Below, piece by piece: positions 28,301-43,300 of a stretch of DNA of 64,000 nt. The notes below the pieces were generated by a model. That model saw nothing but the letters and a program-made list of their open reading frames with translations. It was not told the DNA's origin and searched no databases. The translations under genes were made by a program, and so were the position numbers. Position 1 is the stretch's first letter. Each line of letters opens with the position of its first letter. This stretch comes from Carcharhinus amblyrhynchos (lineage: Eukaryota): assembly GCA_965287045.1 (NCBI GenBank), contig OZ336885.1, positions 66,154,001-66,218,000 of the forward strand, in the 5' to 3' direction.

Positions 28301-31300
28301 ATTTAATAAATATTTAGTTGAGCAGTGGAAACGTCACGGCAGACAAGTCGGCAGATATAGTTCTGGTAACGAATTGCAACTGATAAGTTCTGATCGTCAG
28401 CTTTGAGACGATGGGTCCAAGACCCTCATTCTGTGCTGCAGAATTACTCTATGAGTGTCTCCATAAATGGGATAACACTCTTTGCTAGTATTTACCTTAA
28501 AACACAAATTTTACAAGATAGATATTGTTAATAACAGAAGTTAGTGGTCTAGTGAGTGTAATAACTCGAAAAAAAAGTTAAGAATTTCGCAGCTGCTCTT
28601 ACCAAACTGATTTGAAAAATTAAAAAAAGCTATTTATTAACACTTAATCTGTAAAAAGAAAACTGCAGCAGTCTAGCTATAAGAGGGAAATAATGATGAC
28701 ATTACATTTTGTGATATTTCATTATTCATGAAAGTGTTGTAGGTGTGTCTATGACGCATCAACTGCAGTGGATATGAAGACGGTGCACCACTCAAGGGTA
28801 ACTTGATTGGCACAACCAATCCTAGCCCACCCCCACCGCCCCCTCTCCCCCATTGCCGACAATCCACTAGAAAATGAATAAATACCTATGTATGGTGGCA
28901 AAAAATCGAGGGGCGCAAATTAACCAATAATTTTTCGAAAAGAAAAATGAAAACAGTGTGGACATTTTAATTCAGCATTATAGAGATAACTATCCGGAGC
29001 TTTGTCACCATTGTCGCGAATAAGGCAGGCTAGGTAGTGATTTCATGGACGATATTTTTTGCTTCATTATTTCACACGATATAGGAGCGAATGTTCGCAT
29101 TTGTCCCATCCAGTCCGCTGCGCCATTCGATCATGGCTGATATGCTTCTAATCCCCATGTTTCTGCATTCTCCCTACATCCCTTCAGCCCATTCCAATTA
29201 AACATCTGCCTAACTCCACCGTAAATTTACTCACTGATACAGTCTCCATCGCACTTTGGGGTTGCAAATTCCACAGACTCACAACCCTTTGGGATAAGAA
29301 ATTTCTCCTCAACTTTGTTTTAACTTTGCTGCATCGTTTATAATACTATGGCCACTTGTCCTAGAATGCCCCACCATTGGAAACATGCGCGCGGCATCTA
29401 CGTTATCTATTTCATCTATGTCTGTTAGAAGCTTGTATACCTCAATTTGCTCGCTGTTCTTGATTCTGAATTCCAAAAAGTATAGTCCTAAATTGTTAAA
29501 CCTCCCTTCATATAACAACGGAAAATTACAGCTTAGAAACAGGCCTTTTTGTCCTTCTTGTCTGTGCCGAACCATGTTTTGCCTAGTCCCACTGACCTGC
29601 ACTTGAACTATATCCCTCCAGACACCTCTCATCCATGAACCCGTCAAAGTTTTTCTTAAATGTTAAAAGTGACCCCGCATTTACGACTTTATCCGGCAGC
29701 TCATTCCACACTCCCACCACTCTCTGCGTGAAGAAGCACCCCTCCTCCCAAATATTCCCCTTAAACTTTCCTCAGTTCACCCTTAACCCATGCCCTCTGT
29801 TTTTATCTCCCCTAGCCTCAGTGGAAAAAGCCTGCTTGCATTCATTCTATCCATACTTATCGAAAATCTTATACACCTCTATCAAATCTCCTCTCATTCA
29901 TCTACGCTCCAGAGAATGTTTTCTAACATATTCAATCTCTCTCTGTAAATCAGCTTCTCAAGTCCCGGCAACATCCTTCTGAAACCTCTCTGCACTCTTT
30001 CAACCTTATTTACATCCTTCCTGTAACTAGGTGACCAGAAGTGTACACAATACTCTAAATTCGGCCTCCCCAACGTCGTATGTAACCTTACCATAACTCT
30101 CCAACTTTTACCCTCGGTACTCCGATTTATAAAGGCCAATGTACCCAAAGCACTCTTGACGAACCTATCCACCTGTGACGTCACTTTTAGGGAATTATGT
30201 ACCTGTATTCCCAGATCCCTCAGTTCAATTGCACTCTTCAGAGCCCTACCATTGAGCCAGTATGTTCTACTTTGGTTTGTCCTTCCAAAATGCAATACCT
30301 CACACTTGTGATATGATATGCCTTAGTTTTGCCTTTATATTTTCCTGGACCTCCTTGTTTAGTCATGGATTTTTTTTTTTCACTTTCCTTCCCAATGTTC
30401 ATCCTCACTGTGATATATTTGTGTTGTGAGCACTTGAGTTTCTCCTTAAACGAGTGCCATTGCTCCTCCACTGTTCTAACATTTATCCTTCCTGCCCATA
30501 CTATTCAAGTGAAATCTAACGTCATGGCTATGTAATTTCATTTGTTTAATTCCACACGCAAGAAAAAAAACACACTTTCTCACCCGAAACTGAGTTTTAA
30601 TTGTTATCACACTATAGACACTACTCCCTGGACAATGTATAACTCTGATATCATCAATTAATCCGATTTCACTCTACAATACTAAATCCAGAGTCGCCTA
30701 CTCCTTGGTTATTTCCACAATATAGGTCCAAGAAATAATCTCTAATACATTCAATGAACTCTGCTTCCAGGCTATCCTTGACAAATGGATTTTCCAATCT
30801 ATTTGTGTATTAAAATCACAATTGATTGTTGTTGTAACTTTTTTTTGCAATCCCCTTTATGTTTTGCTTTATGTTGTGCCCCACTACAGAACTACTGCAC
30901 TAGGGATCTATAGTTTACTCCAAATGATCTCATATTTATTTTGCAATTTCGTATTTCTCTGCAGACTGATTCCAAAACTTGATCCCTTGTCATTTCTGTA
31001 AAAAGCACTGACCTCTTTCCTCACCAGCAAAACTATACCATCTAATTTTATTTTCTGTCTATCTTTCCGAAATGCTGAGCATCCTTGTATAATCAGTTCC
31101 CACACCTGGTCTCCTTCTAAACATGTCTCAGTAATTGGCACCAAATCATATCCCTCTGTTTCCCTGTGCGCTGTTAACTAATTAATTTTGATCTGAATGA
31201 TTCGTGCTTTCGATAAAACAATTTGAAATGTGTTCTAACAGCAAAATTTCCCTGTTATTCTCTAATTCCTTGTGAATAAACACATTCACCCGTTTTGTCC

Positions 31301-34300
31301 CTCACTTTTATTGTCTGTTAACCGTCCGCCAAAACGCTATCCTGCATTTTTACCTCCTCCTCCAATTTGTGTTTTCTAATGTCCACTTCATGGGGCGGCA
31401 TGGTGGCCAACTGGGGCGGCGCAGTGGCACAGCGGTTACCGTTGTTGCCTCACAGCGACAGAGACCCGAATTCAATTCCAACCTCGGGACACTGTCTGTG
31501 TGGAGTTTGCAAGTTCTTCCCGTGTCTCCACCGAGCGTTCTATTTGTTTCCTCCCAATTTCAAAGATTTACGGGTTAGTTTGATTGGCGATGTTAAATTG
31601 ACCATAGTGTCAGGAGTGTTACCAGGGTACATATGTGGGGTTATGGAAATAGGTCTGGCTGGTATTGTTGTCGTTGCAGACTCGGTGGGACAAATGGCCT
31701 CCTTCTGCACTGTTGGATTCTTTGATTCTGTGTAACTGAACCTTTTCTCCCATTCAGTTTAAAGCCCAATCTGCAGCTCTACATATGCAATTCGATGGGA
31801 AACTGCTTCCAGCATGGTTCAGACGAAGACCACCACATCAGGCGGGTCCATTCTTCAACAGTCTGGTACAATATCCCATGAATTCAAACCCATGATTTTT
31901 TTCTTCCCTCACAGCAGTCTTTAAGCCACGTTTTTACTCGCTTAATCTTATTGACCCTGTGTCAATTATTTCGTGGCTCAGGTAGTAATCCAGAGACTAT
32001 TACCCTTTAAGTTCTTTATTTAAAAAAAATAGTTCCTAACTGTTCATACTCCCTCATCGGAACGTCTGTCATTGTTTTATCTATGTCGTTGGTAACTACA
32101 TGGAACACGACAACTGGATTTTCAGCCTCCCACTCCACGTTCTTCTGCAACCTAGATGAGATATCCGGAACACAAGCACGAACTAGGGAACAGAACATTC
32201 GGGACTCTTTATTCTGGTCACAGACAACAGTGTCTATGTCCTTAACTATACTATGCCCAATTCAAATTATATGGGATTTCTCTCTGCCAATTGAATAGCT
32301 CCCTCGACCACGGTGCTGCAGTCAGTTGGCTCATGATCCCTGCAGTTCCCATTCCATCCACAAAGGGAGCAAAAATGTCGAAAACGGCTGAGGTTCCTAC
32401 AAATCTATGACCTGGATCCCTCTACCTAGCTCAGTGGGAATCAGCCCTCCTGTCCCTGGCCACTGGCAAAAATGTAGTTAATCTGAGGGTCGTGATTACC
32501 TCCTGAAATATAGCGTTCAGGTAACTTTCCCCTTGCATGATGAGTCACAGTTTCCAAATCTCCTAATCCACCTTATCAAATCTGAGCCGGAGTTCCTCGA
32601 ACAATCAACATTGAATAGATATGTGGTCACTGGGAGCAACAACTGGGTCCACCAGGTACCACATCATGCAGGAACAATTCATCATCTGTAGCTCCATCCC
32701 TGTTTCTTTTTATTGTTTTACATATCTGCTATTAGCACAATGTGAAAGTAATTTATAACCAGTCATTTAACTTCGGTGCAAACGTTCAGATATCCGTTCA
32801 TCCCATAAACGTACACAGCAACTTGCATGGAAAATATGAAGATAAGTCGACTGTTCGGTCATCTGAGCCTGCTCAGCCACTTAAAATGCTCACGATGTTC
32901 ATCCAATTCGATACATTAACCACTCAATACCCATTGATACTGCGGGATCCAAGATTTATTTCCAATTCATATTTAAAGTCATACAGTGTTTAGGCATTAT
33001 TTAGTTTCTCCGGTAGTGAATTTCACAAATTCATCATCTCTTTGGCTGAAGGAAATTCTTCTTGCCTCATTCCTAAAAGATTTACTCCTTATCTTGACCT
33101 ATCTTCCCTAATTATGGACTATCTTGGCATAAGGAAAACTATTTCTGAATCTTTCCAGTCGAATCCTGATAGAATTGTTTACGTTTCTTTTGGGTCCGCT
33201 GACATTCTTGTAAATCTCAATGAATATCTTCCGAACCGATTTAATTTGTCCCCATATGATAGCCTGGTATAACTGTGCTGCACTCACTTTACGTTAAGAA
33301 CATACTTGCACAGATACGTGCACGAAACTGCACGCAGTACTGGAGGTGTTGCCTTACAAATACCGTATATAATTGTTCTAAAAAGATCCGTATTCCTATG
33401 CTTACTTTCTCTACCCATCAATGTCAAGTCATTAAGTCACTTATTCACTGGTTGATTTACTTATGCGCGAATTTTAAACGACTGGTGGACGAGAACATGT
33501 AGGCCTCGTTGAGTATTCAATCTCACAGTCCTCATTAATACAAATATCAATCTTTCTTTTTGCTACGGATGCTGAGAACCTCAAATGCATCCGCATTATA
33601 TTGCGTCTGCCATGCATATGCCCGCACGATCAGTCCATCCAACATCGCTGTAACATGCCTGCATCATCTGATAGTTCAGCATCGCCCCGTCTCTGTATAA
33701 CTACCAAATCTGGAGATAATGTATGAAGTTCACTCATGCCAGTAATCAATTTATGGTCACAGGCCGATTGTCATATATTTATTTCCAAGAATATAAAAGA
33801 ATAGAATATAAGTAAAAAAAATACATAATAGGTTTTCTAATTATACTTTTGCTTGCCAGAGCTGATGAAATTTCAGGACGATTTAGAAGACTCAGGTGAG
33901 AGAGAAAAATCTGTTCCGTAAGATCCCTCTGCATTTATCTTCGAACACGGCGAGATTGTTTTCTTTATTTTCCGCCGACAAACTTCTCTCTCTTTTTGAG
34001 TAACCGTGATGCAGTCCATAGACTGCTGAGGCTTGAAGAAGGTGCAATAAAATGTCACCCAACGTTGTTTTCTGTTCATTGCCCAATCCAGAATTTCCAA
34101 AATCTACTTATTTGGCCAGTAAATATATGAATTTGTCCATGAATTTGAGCTGATGAGGGATATCCGTTTAGACAGCAGGGCAACGTGCACTGGAACATGT
34201 TGAGCATCTGTCCATCAGAACCCGGAATTTAACGTCCCATGCAAGACACATACAATGGAATGAGAGGTGGTGCATAATGGGCAACCTTGAAATATGCTGT

Positions 34301-37300
34301 TACCTCGCTGAACCAATGCTGCAAACCTTGACCTGTTGTTTGGTTGTTAGGGCTAGAATATGTAAAGGGTTCCCAGTTGCACGAGTATTATTCAGTCCTT
34401 CGTGCGGTTTAGTTAAGACGTTAGCATTGAGGATAATTAGCTGCCTGGCGGCGATTATTTTTTTGTGACAGATTCCAATGTGGAATCTGGTAGCAAGTTG
34501 CCAAGAATAGCATGCTATTAAAGCTTTTTGTTTTGGTCTTTCTGGGCTGCCTGTGTGGGGGACCGCCTCTGCGCAAAGACTTTTACGGAATACACACCCC
34601 GAAAAAATGTCGTTGCGATGCTAACAGCCACATTTGAAATGAAGAATTAAAACCGTGCAGGGTGGAATGCTACCATCTGACCGCACTACCGTTAACTGGG
34701 ATCATTGTCGCACTTGGCTCCTTCAATGTTAAAACAAACTGAATAATTCTCCAGATTTGAAAGGCCAACGCCAATCATTGTTTCTATTTAATATGAAGGT
34801 GAAAATTGTTGCCGATGGTATTCTTAGTTACCCATGCAACCCCGTTCATGAAGTGAAAGCGGGCAGCAACACACACAACACTGATGGTTTGTTTGCTTGT
34901 GTGTGTGTGTGTGCGTGTGTGTGTGTGTGTGTGTGTCTGTCGATATGTGCGAGGGAATGGGGTTTTCTACTGGCGGCAGGAGGTGTGCTACTTTTGTGTG
35001 TGCTCGGACGGAGTGACGGGAGGGGATGTGCGACGGTGGTGCAAACTACTTTCCCTTTACACTTTGAGTCATTCAACCTTCTCCAAATTGAAATTCCAAG
35101 TTCTTGAATCTTATCATGAACTGTCGGCGTTTCCGGCAATCCAAGTGCAGCTGAACAGTGGTTTTCGTAATATTAATATTGCAAAAATACATTTTGCAAT
35201 AATTCATACCTTGCGATCACTAGCCGTCATTTCGCATGTTGTAAGTTGGTAAAACATTAGATTTCCAATGTCTAACTGAAGTGTGGTGAGAGTTCTGCGC
35301 AATTAAAATAAATTGATTTTTATTATGGCTAAACATTGATGGACATGTTATAAACAGTTTGGCACATAATAATCATAAACTGACTGTATAGCTATCGTTC
35401 TTGCGGTATATTTGATCCAGTGCAAATTTGTGAAAATGATGTACATATTGTTGCACGTGTCGTATATCTCATTATCCTGTTTCATGATGTGTTGGAATAT
35501 TTAACATTCTGTCTTGAATCTGAACAATTCTCTCCTGAGCAGAGGACAAACTGAAGGAAAAAGAGAAAGGTACATGGTGTTTAGCATTCAGTAATTCGAA
35601 CTTTTGATGTCGAAACTTGTTTTGTCCATTTTTTTTCTGTTTGCATATTGCAAGGTATATCAGCTGCCTTTGCAAACATTACAGCCAATATATTGAAAAT
35701 CAAAACTGCAGTTAGCATACTAGGGTAACACGTTGGTAAACGTATTTGTGCCACATCACTTCATCTGTGCTATGAGATTTTAAGAACACACAATTAGTGA
35801 CCTTCATTGAGTGCACAGGAGAGGAAGGCAAATATGCAGGATAACCTGTCAAAACGATCTGCATATGACTAAGCCGGCAACTGACCTGTATCAGAATTAC
35901 ATTGTAAATTGATGGCATTGACTTCTACTGGCTGCCACGAAACTTGTATTTACAGTTTCGACGTTATACTTCATACTATTGCCTCTATGGTTTAAATAAG
36001 AAGCACAGCCCAAACCTTTACTCTATGCATATTGAGTATCTCAACGAGGTCACATCGCAGTCAGTTGGCACAAAATAACTTGACCGTTTTGAGAGGCGGC
36101 TGCGGTATGACAAACGTTGGAGGCCAGTGTTGGTATTTCGGCATTAACAACGCAAGAATTCTAATTGAATTTCACAATCCAGAGCTCTTTTTTGGGCATT
36201 CATTAAAACGAATCCTGAGGATTTGCCTGAACAAAACAAGTTTTATGGCTCTAGCCTCCGTACAAACAAAGGATTTTGTGAGGTTAGAGATTGGTGCATT
36301 GGAAATTTGCTCTTTGTCCTAATGTGGGTACGGTTGGGTAGCATGATGGCACAGTGGTTAGCACCGCTGCCTCACAGCTGCAGATATCCGGCTCGATTCC
36401 CGGCCTGTGTCACTGTCTGTTCAGTTTCTGCACAATCTCGTTGTGTCTGCTTGAGTTTCCTCCTTGTGCTATTATTCCCTCCCACTGTCCAAAAAAGTGC
36501 AGGTTAGGTCCATTGGCCTTGCTAATTTTCCAGGTATTGCCCCGGACGTATAGTTCAGAGGGTTTAGTGGGGTAAATATTTGGGGTTAGGAGAAAAAGAC
36601 CTAGGTGGGGTTGTTGTCTGTGTCGACACGATGGGCCCTATGGCTTCCTCCTATACTTTAGGTTTCTATGGCTTCTATGGATACATTACAACTGTCCACA
36701 CTTTCAAAACATATACTTAATCCAATGTTCTGATTCTTCATTTCGACAAAATCTAAAATGTTTATTTTTTCTGATCATATGGCCAAGCTATGTGATGATG
36801 ACAATTTATAGCGTTACAATTAAAACGGCGATTAATCTCCAGTTTTCAACATCACAGGCCATTACATTTAACTTCATAGTGTAAAGGGTAAAATGAAACT
36901 CATTGTGGAAGTAGCCTAAGGATCTACTGGTGGAGGTGCAATGCTGAAATGCCAGTGTCAGAGTTCAACATCTATGCGTTGTCCTTTTGTCATTTCACCT
37001 CCCCCTCCCTCCCCCCACCCCCTAGGATTTCAGATAACATGTTCTAAGATAGTATATAGGAATATAATAGATAAACCACAGAAACACCACAGTAAAGATG
37101 TGAAAACTTTTCCACACAATTCCACACCGACTCTCAGGCAGAGCATCTGAATCAAGTGCACCATCACCACATACCACCAAGTGTTTACACTACCAATCCC
37201 CTTCCCCCTCCCAACTATTCGGTCGTTGAGTGGAGACATGGCATGGCCAATCCACCAAAGCTGCACATCGTGGGATGTTGAGAGGAAACCACAGCACCCA

Positions 37301-40300
37301 GAGGAAACCTACTTGGACATGGGGAAAACGTCCAAACTTCGCGCACACTGTCACACAAGGGTGGGATTAATCCCTATCCCTGGCTGTGAGGCAGTAGTGC
37401 TATCTATTATGCCGCCATACCCTCATTTATGATCTATATTGTATGTAAAAGCAACAAAAAATGTGCATTGCGTAATCGAATTTCATCCAATATTTTGTGG
37501 GGGGTCAATGAGGTGCACCTTTTCAATTCGTCCCGCTTATTTTAAAATTCGATTTCAACAGCAGATTTTCAGAAAGTAAATTATGCTTGCTTCCTTTATG
37601 ATAAAATCGAATCAAATCATGTATTCATTTATTATTATGGAGCATATGATTGGGTAGACATCATGTTGATGACACAATATGTGAAGAATTTCAAAAGCTT
37701 GTGTCACAACGCTGAATTTGAAAATAAGTAATCTATATTAATTTGATGAGAACAATGATGAATTCAATCGAAGTTGGTCCACTTTGAAATATTTCATTTT
37801 TCGAAAGCAAAGAAGTCCATTTGGTAAGCGATCAATTGTCAGAACCTGAGAAATGTAAACGAAAGTCATGGCCGTTCCATCGCCGGAAGCTTACCACCAT
37901 GCCCACACTGGAATTGGAGGGGGCCAGCCGCCGACAACGAAAACGCCAGTTGAACTCCGGCAAGAATTTCCGGTCTGGCTCCATAAAGGCCGTGCCTTTG
38001 GACATGGTGTGAACGTGGAAAGTTAGATAAGGAATACCCGAGATCACAAGGAGATTTGCCCCTTCTCTACGTAAAGGCATGAAAATACCAAACGAGCGTA
38101 ATGCTCGAAGCAGACCAAACCACAGTCACAGTGCAGATGGAGTGTTCCGTGGATTTCTGTTCGTCACAAAATGAGGAAGATGAAGGCATGAGGACAAACT
38201 TTTTTTTTCCCTGTTCAAATTCAGAAGTCGCAAATGACAAATTGGTCAGGACCGCTGCAAGTCTAAGGGTGACACGGTGGCAAAGTGTTTTGCAGTGCTA
38301 TGTCACAGTGCCCGAAATATGGGTCTCAATCCCGGCTTTGAACATTGTCTATGCGCTCCCTCCGCGTTTTCCCACGTGTCTGCGTGTGTTCCGTCCATCT
38401 GCTTTGGTTTTCTATCACACTCTGAAATACATGCTGGTTCGTTGCATTGGTCATGCTAAATTATCTCCCAGTGTAGCCGAATAGGCGCCAGAGTGCAGCC
38501 ACTAGATGATGATCACTAGAACTTCATTCAAGTATTATTATGACAGTCATAATTAAGCTTTCGACTTATTAAATTGTGTATAATTGTTTGGGGTCGTGAG
38601 AGAGTGGGAGCATTCACTCCATGCCATTGGGTAGTAGATTCTGTAACCAACACTCATTTATGTTATAACGTGAGGTGCGGAGAAACTCCGACATGTTTTG
38701 CCGTCAAATGTAATAAGAATCAAATCTGAAGTTCAGAAGAACTCAGCGAAAACAATACATTACAGGGCTCTTGAAAATGTGCATGCTCTGTCACAGTCTC
38801 CGTCACAAATGCTGGAAAGTGCCGTTGAGCAGGATGGATATGGTTGATGTCAAGTTCAAGTTTTGACAAATGTCTTCCTCCCGTGCTCTTCAATCGTTCA
38901 TTCCAATTATATGCAAGAAACTGATTCTCGTACGAATATGATTAATCACGAGTTTAAAAAATGTATAATGAATTCCGACAACGAACATGCAATATAAATA
39001 TGGTGTCTGTATGAAAGGACAATATAGAATATTACATGCTGGAGAATAGGAAGTTAAACCAGAAAAGTTCATGAATGTTCAAGATGATGGAGTTATGGGT
39101 TTTTGTAAATCCCAGACACTTTTGTCAAACTAATTAACTCAATGAAATCATGCATCCCAATACAGGAATAGTCTTCATAAATATATCTCCATTTGTGTCC
39201 CGACTTAAAGTTTATTTCTTGTTCCTCGCAACTGCAGCCTCCCTCCTCATTTCCCACTTAAGCTACGTTGCTTGCAGTCAAAGCTTGCGTTAGGAGCGCC
39301 CCCTTGAAATAGCTCAATGAATATAACAACGGAACAAACAAATACATATCCACATGAGTATTGGTTTACATTATCCATGTTTATTTTCATACCACAAGTC
39401 TCTGTTTCTAATTTGTGGCGGGACTGATTGACATTTGTGACTTTTTTTCGTTTCTTGCAAATCAATAAAGTTGCGAATGAATGCCGAATTTGAAGAGCTT
39501 GAAACATTCGTTTGTCGTCTGCATTTCCAAGCGGGGAATGCATGGAATTTCAATACACCAAAAATTTGACATGATTTCATTTTCCTGCATTGTAGAGATA
39601 GGTGTTTATCAAAAAGCTTTGACTGAGGCAGGTGAGTGATAACTGTTCCAATCATGCTGCATGCAATTTGCAACGAGTGAATGTTTCCTGCCAGTTGAGA
39701 AAAGTTCGGTTGTGAAAATTACGCATTAATTTAGATATTGTGGCTGGATTCTGAAGCTTTGCATGTGTTGCGAAAATGCGTGGCACAATTTATAACAACT
39801 TGTTCTCGTACATGAGTTTGCAACCAATGCAGCAACAATGCAAACGCAATTGCGTCATCTCTACAACGGAGACCTAGCAATTACTCCAAAATTTGTGCAA
39901 ATGGCATTTCGACCATTATCGAATTATATGTGCTGATTGTACAACGCGGAGTAAATGTCGGCCATGGAAACAGTGCCGCTCCCTTTGTGGCATTTTTCGA
40001 ACGCAATTGGATCTCATTTTGCAACATAAGATCGCAGGTTGCGTCTTCCTTTCGGTTGCCTCTCAAAAGCATGTGCGACTTTAATGCAACACTCATTAAT
40101 GCCGCATTTTGTGCAATCGACCCTGGCATTGCACTTAAGCAAATTTTGCTATGACCCGGATGCCAGAATTCCGAGCAATTAAAACATGAATACATCTGAA
40201 GCTGCAATTATTAATGCATATTTAACTGTTTCTCATTAAGTTTTAACTGGGTGATTGTATGTCTGGTCTTAACTTCGATTATATATTCCTCACATGTATG

Positions 40301-43300
40301 CAGCCAAAATCAGTTGTGTTAGACTTAAGTGAATAACTCTCAGATCAATGTTCAGAAAAGGAGACCAGTCCGATTTCAACATTATTATGGGCAACAATCG
40401 CTTGTCATCAGTTAATCATTATGCGTAATTGAAACTAATGTGTTTGTATATGTTTTACATACAGTCAAATGTACATTAGATTGGCTATACTGTAAGATAA
40501 CACAATTATTAAATGGAACTATTTTGACTTCTCCAATATTTCTGTTTTTACCTCATGGTAGAGAAAAATCTCAAAGAAAAAAATAAAGGTATCTGTCGTT
40601 AAAATATGCTGCTTAAATGTGCAAATTATACCCAGCAACAATTAACATAATTTATTGACAATTGAAAAATAATCCTGACATGTGGAGTGCAATAAGGGCA
40701 TTTGATCCGTATTTGCAGAAACAAACGAATATTCTTGGTCCTCATTTGTAAAGACTGAAACAAAGTATGCATTCATGTCATCAGCAATTTTTGTATTAAT
40801 CATTGTACATTTTCCTGTTACTGACTGTAAAGGAGCTACAGATCAAGTGGTCCAAAACTGAAATATCAAATAAATCATCCGTCGGACATGATTTTTTTTT
40901 ATGGAACGAATAACTTCATTTGTAAGAATTACATTAGAATGTTTCTATGTTCATATTGTTTATTCTTCAACAAGGAATATTCAAGACTTTGAGCAAGTAC
41001 ATTGAAGGAATAGAAGGAATGGCAAAATGTTTTGATAGTCATGTGTCTGAAATCTAATTTAGATAGTGACATAAGATGAATCAGACGAGTACTGTGAAAA
41101 CATTCAAAGGGCTCATTGGTGGACTGCAAGAATTATTATTACTCCCTGGAGCAAAACGAAAAGGGAAAGGGAGATCAAGCCATGCATTACACGGAAAAGA
41201 GCGGTGGTATTAGATCAAAGGAAAAATACAAGGCTAATGACCAAGGGGAAATTAAACACAACTTGATGGTTGTAACAAATTAGTGCGTAGCTGAAGTGGA
41301 TTAAGAGATTAATTAAGAAGGGAATAAATGTATGACTGCAAGGTTAAGGGAAATAAAAAAATAATTGTTAAGTTTTATATAGGCAAACAGACAAAATAAT
41401 GGATAAGACAGATGCATAATGCAGATGCATAATGCATAAGCCTTCACTGACAGAAACATTTCTGATGGCATTAATGCATACATTGTTTCAGTCATTACAA
41501 ATGGGAACCGACATAACGTAGGGGAAATGCTGGGAACACAGGATTGATTCAGGGGGACGAGTTGAGTTAATATAGCATTAGTGTGGAAATTTTGCTCCAC
41601 GAATAGCGAGCATCGAAGCCGAGGAATCCCCAGGTCCTGGATAACTACACCACCACGATATAAGAAAATAACGATTTATTGATAGCAGATGCATTGGCGG
41701 TCACTTTCCATGATGTTAGGTCTCCAGAACCCTTCAGACGGATTTGGGATAGTTAACGAAAAACTCCCAGATAATTAAAAAGGGAGGCAGAGACAAGAAA
41801 TAAAATGGAATCGTAGATCGGTCAGCAAGACATTCGAAGTGAGGAAAATTCTGGAGTATATTATCAAGAATGTTCTTGTGTGCCCTCGTAATGCAGCCAA
41901 TGAATGTAAGCACGCAAGTCATAGAATCGTACAATCATAGAAACCCTACAGTGCGGAAAGAGGCCACTTGGTACATCGAGCCTGCACCAACCACAATCCT
42001 GCCCAGACCCTACCCCCATACCTCAACAAATTTAACCACGAATTCCTCTAACCTCCGCATCTCAGGACACTAAGGGGCGATTTAGCATGGCCAATCAACC
42101 TAACCCGCATATCTTTGGAGATCGAGCAGAGTATAGAAATCAATTGGTATGTTGGCCATTAAATCAAGAGTTTCGAGTACCAGAGCAGCATGTCTTTTTC
42201 GAATTATACAGAACATTCGTGAGGTCCTATTTGGAACATTTTCTGCACATTTGTTTTTCTTATCTGAAGAAAGATGTTATTTGTTTCGAGGGAGTGCACT
42301 GAAGATGTCCTAAGCTGATGTTTGGATGGCAGTACCAAGGCAAAATTAGTCAATGACTTGGATGCGATTGCATTCGATTGAGTTGGAATTCATCAGTGGG
42401 ATCTCACAGAAACCTGTGTAATTGTAACTGGGCTGGACAGGTAATACAGGAACGGTATCTCCAATTGTCGGAGACCCAGACTCCATACTATTACTTTAAA
42501 TGACAGCGGTGAGGAGAAATGCCTTCAGCCAAAGTGTAGTAAACCAGGAGCACCCATTGGCACAAAAATAGCTGAGATGACTTTTTTTTCATGAAGATGT
42601 TTCAAATAGTTTCTGTGACATACATGTTCAGCGGCTACATGTTATCAGGCAATTAAGTTAAATGTTCACATTGAATGACAAAGCACTCTCGATGGGACGA
42701 ATGTCTACCCTGGTTCATATGTTTTATGTGTCCATGCATGTTTCAATTAAATGTAAAATAATTGTTATCTGTATTACAGATTTTGCGAAACTTCAACATG
42801 ATTTTGACAATTTAGGTCAGACATCTGCGCTCTGTCATTTGCAAAAGCAATTGTACAAGATGTTTAATTATTTTCGCCAGCACGATGGCAAAAAAAATAC
42901 TCCCTTTCGGTTCCAAGGCTGTCGGTTTGAATTGAGTCTTGGGTGATTGCCTGTCTCGAGTTTGCACTCTCCCATTGTCCGATTTCTTTGGGAATTAACA
43001 CTTCTTGCTATTATCCCCGCCTCCCCCACCACCCCCCCCCCCCACCCCCCCGCCAAAATGCGTCAATTAGATGAATTATCCATGGCGAATGCACGAGATT
43101 ACGCGAAGAGGGGTGGGGAGAGGGGGGCGGCTGTGGACGGGTGATATGCTCTTTCGGAACGTTTGCGCAGACTCGATTACCCAGATGTTATCTTCGGCAT
43201 TTGTGTGGATTTTACGTTTCTGTCCTCATGGATACATCAATCAAGGACATTTCTCAAATCCATGAAATCATTGACATATTTGCGTTTCAAATTTGCAACC

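Noticed and set aside
33873-34100. Two overlapping minus-strand ORFs with protein-like composition
   Set aside because: No known motif; they overlap plus-strand micro-exon 9, which explains the splice signals better
37894-38004. Minus-strand exon-like segment (CACC-ATG, MSKGTAFMEPDRKFLPEFNWRFRCRRLAPSNSSVGMV, then GTAAGC)
   Set aside because: No recognisable homology, no consistent downstream minus-strand exons, and it overlaps a GC-rich probable transposon relic
38225-38260. 36-nt segment (E)VANDKLVRTAA after a strong acceptor
   Set aside because: Weak donor (CAA|GTCTAA), breaks the A/B alternation, and has a poor heptad fit
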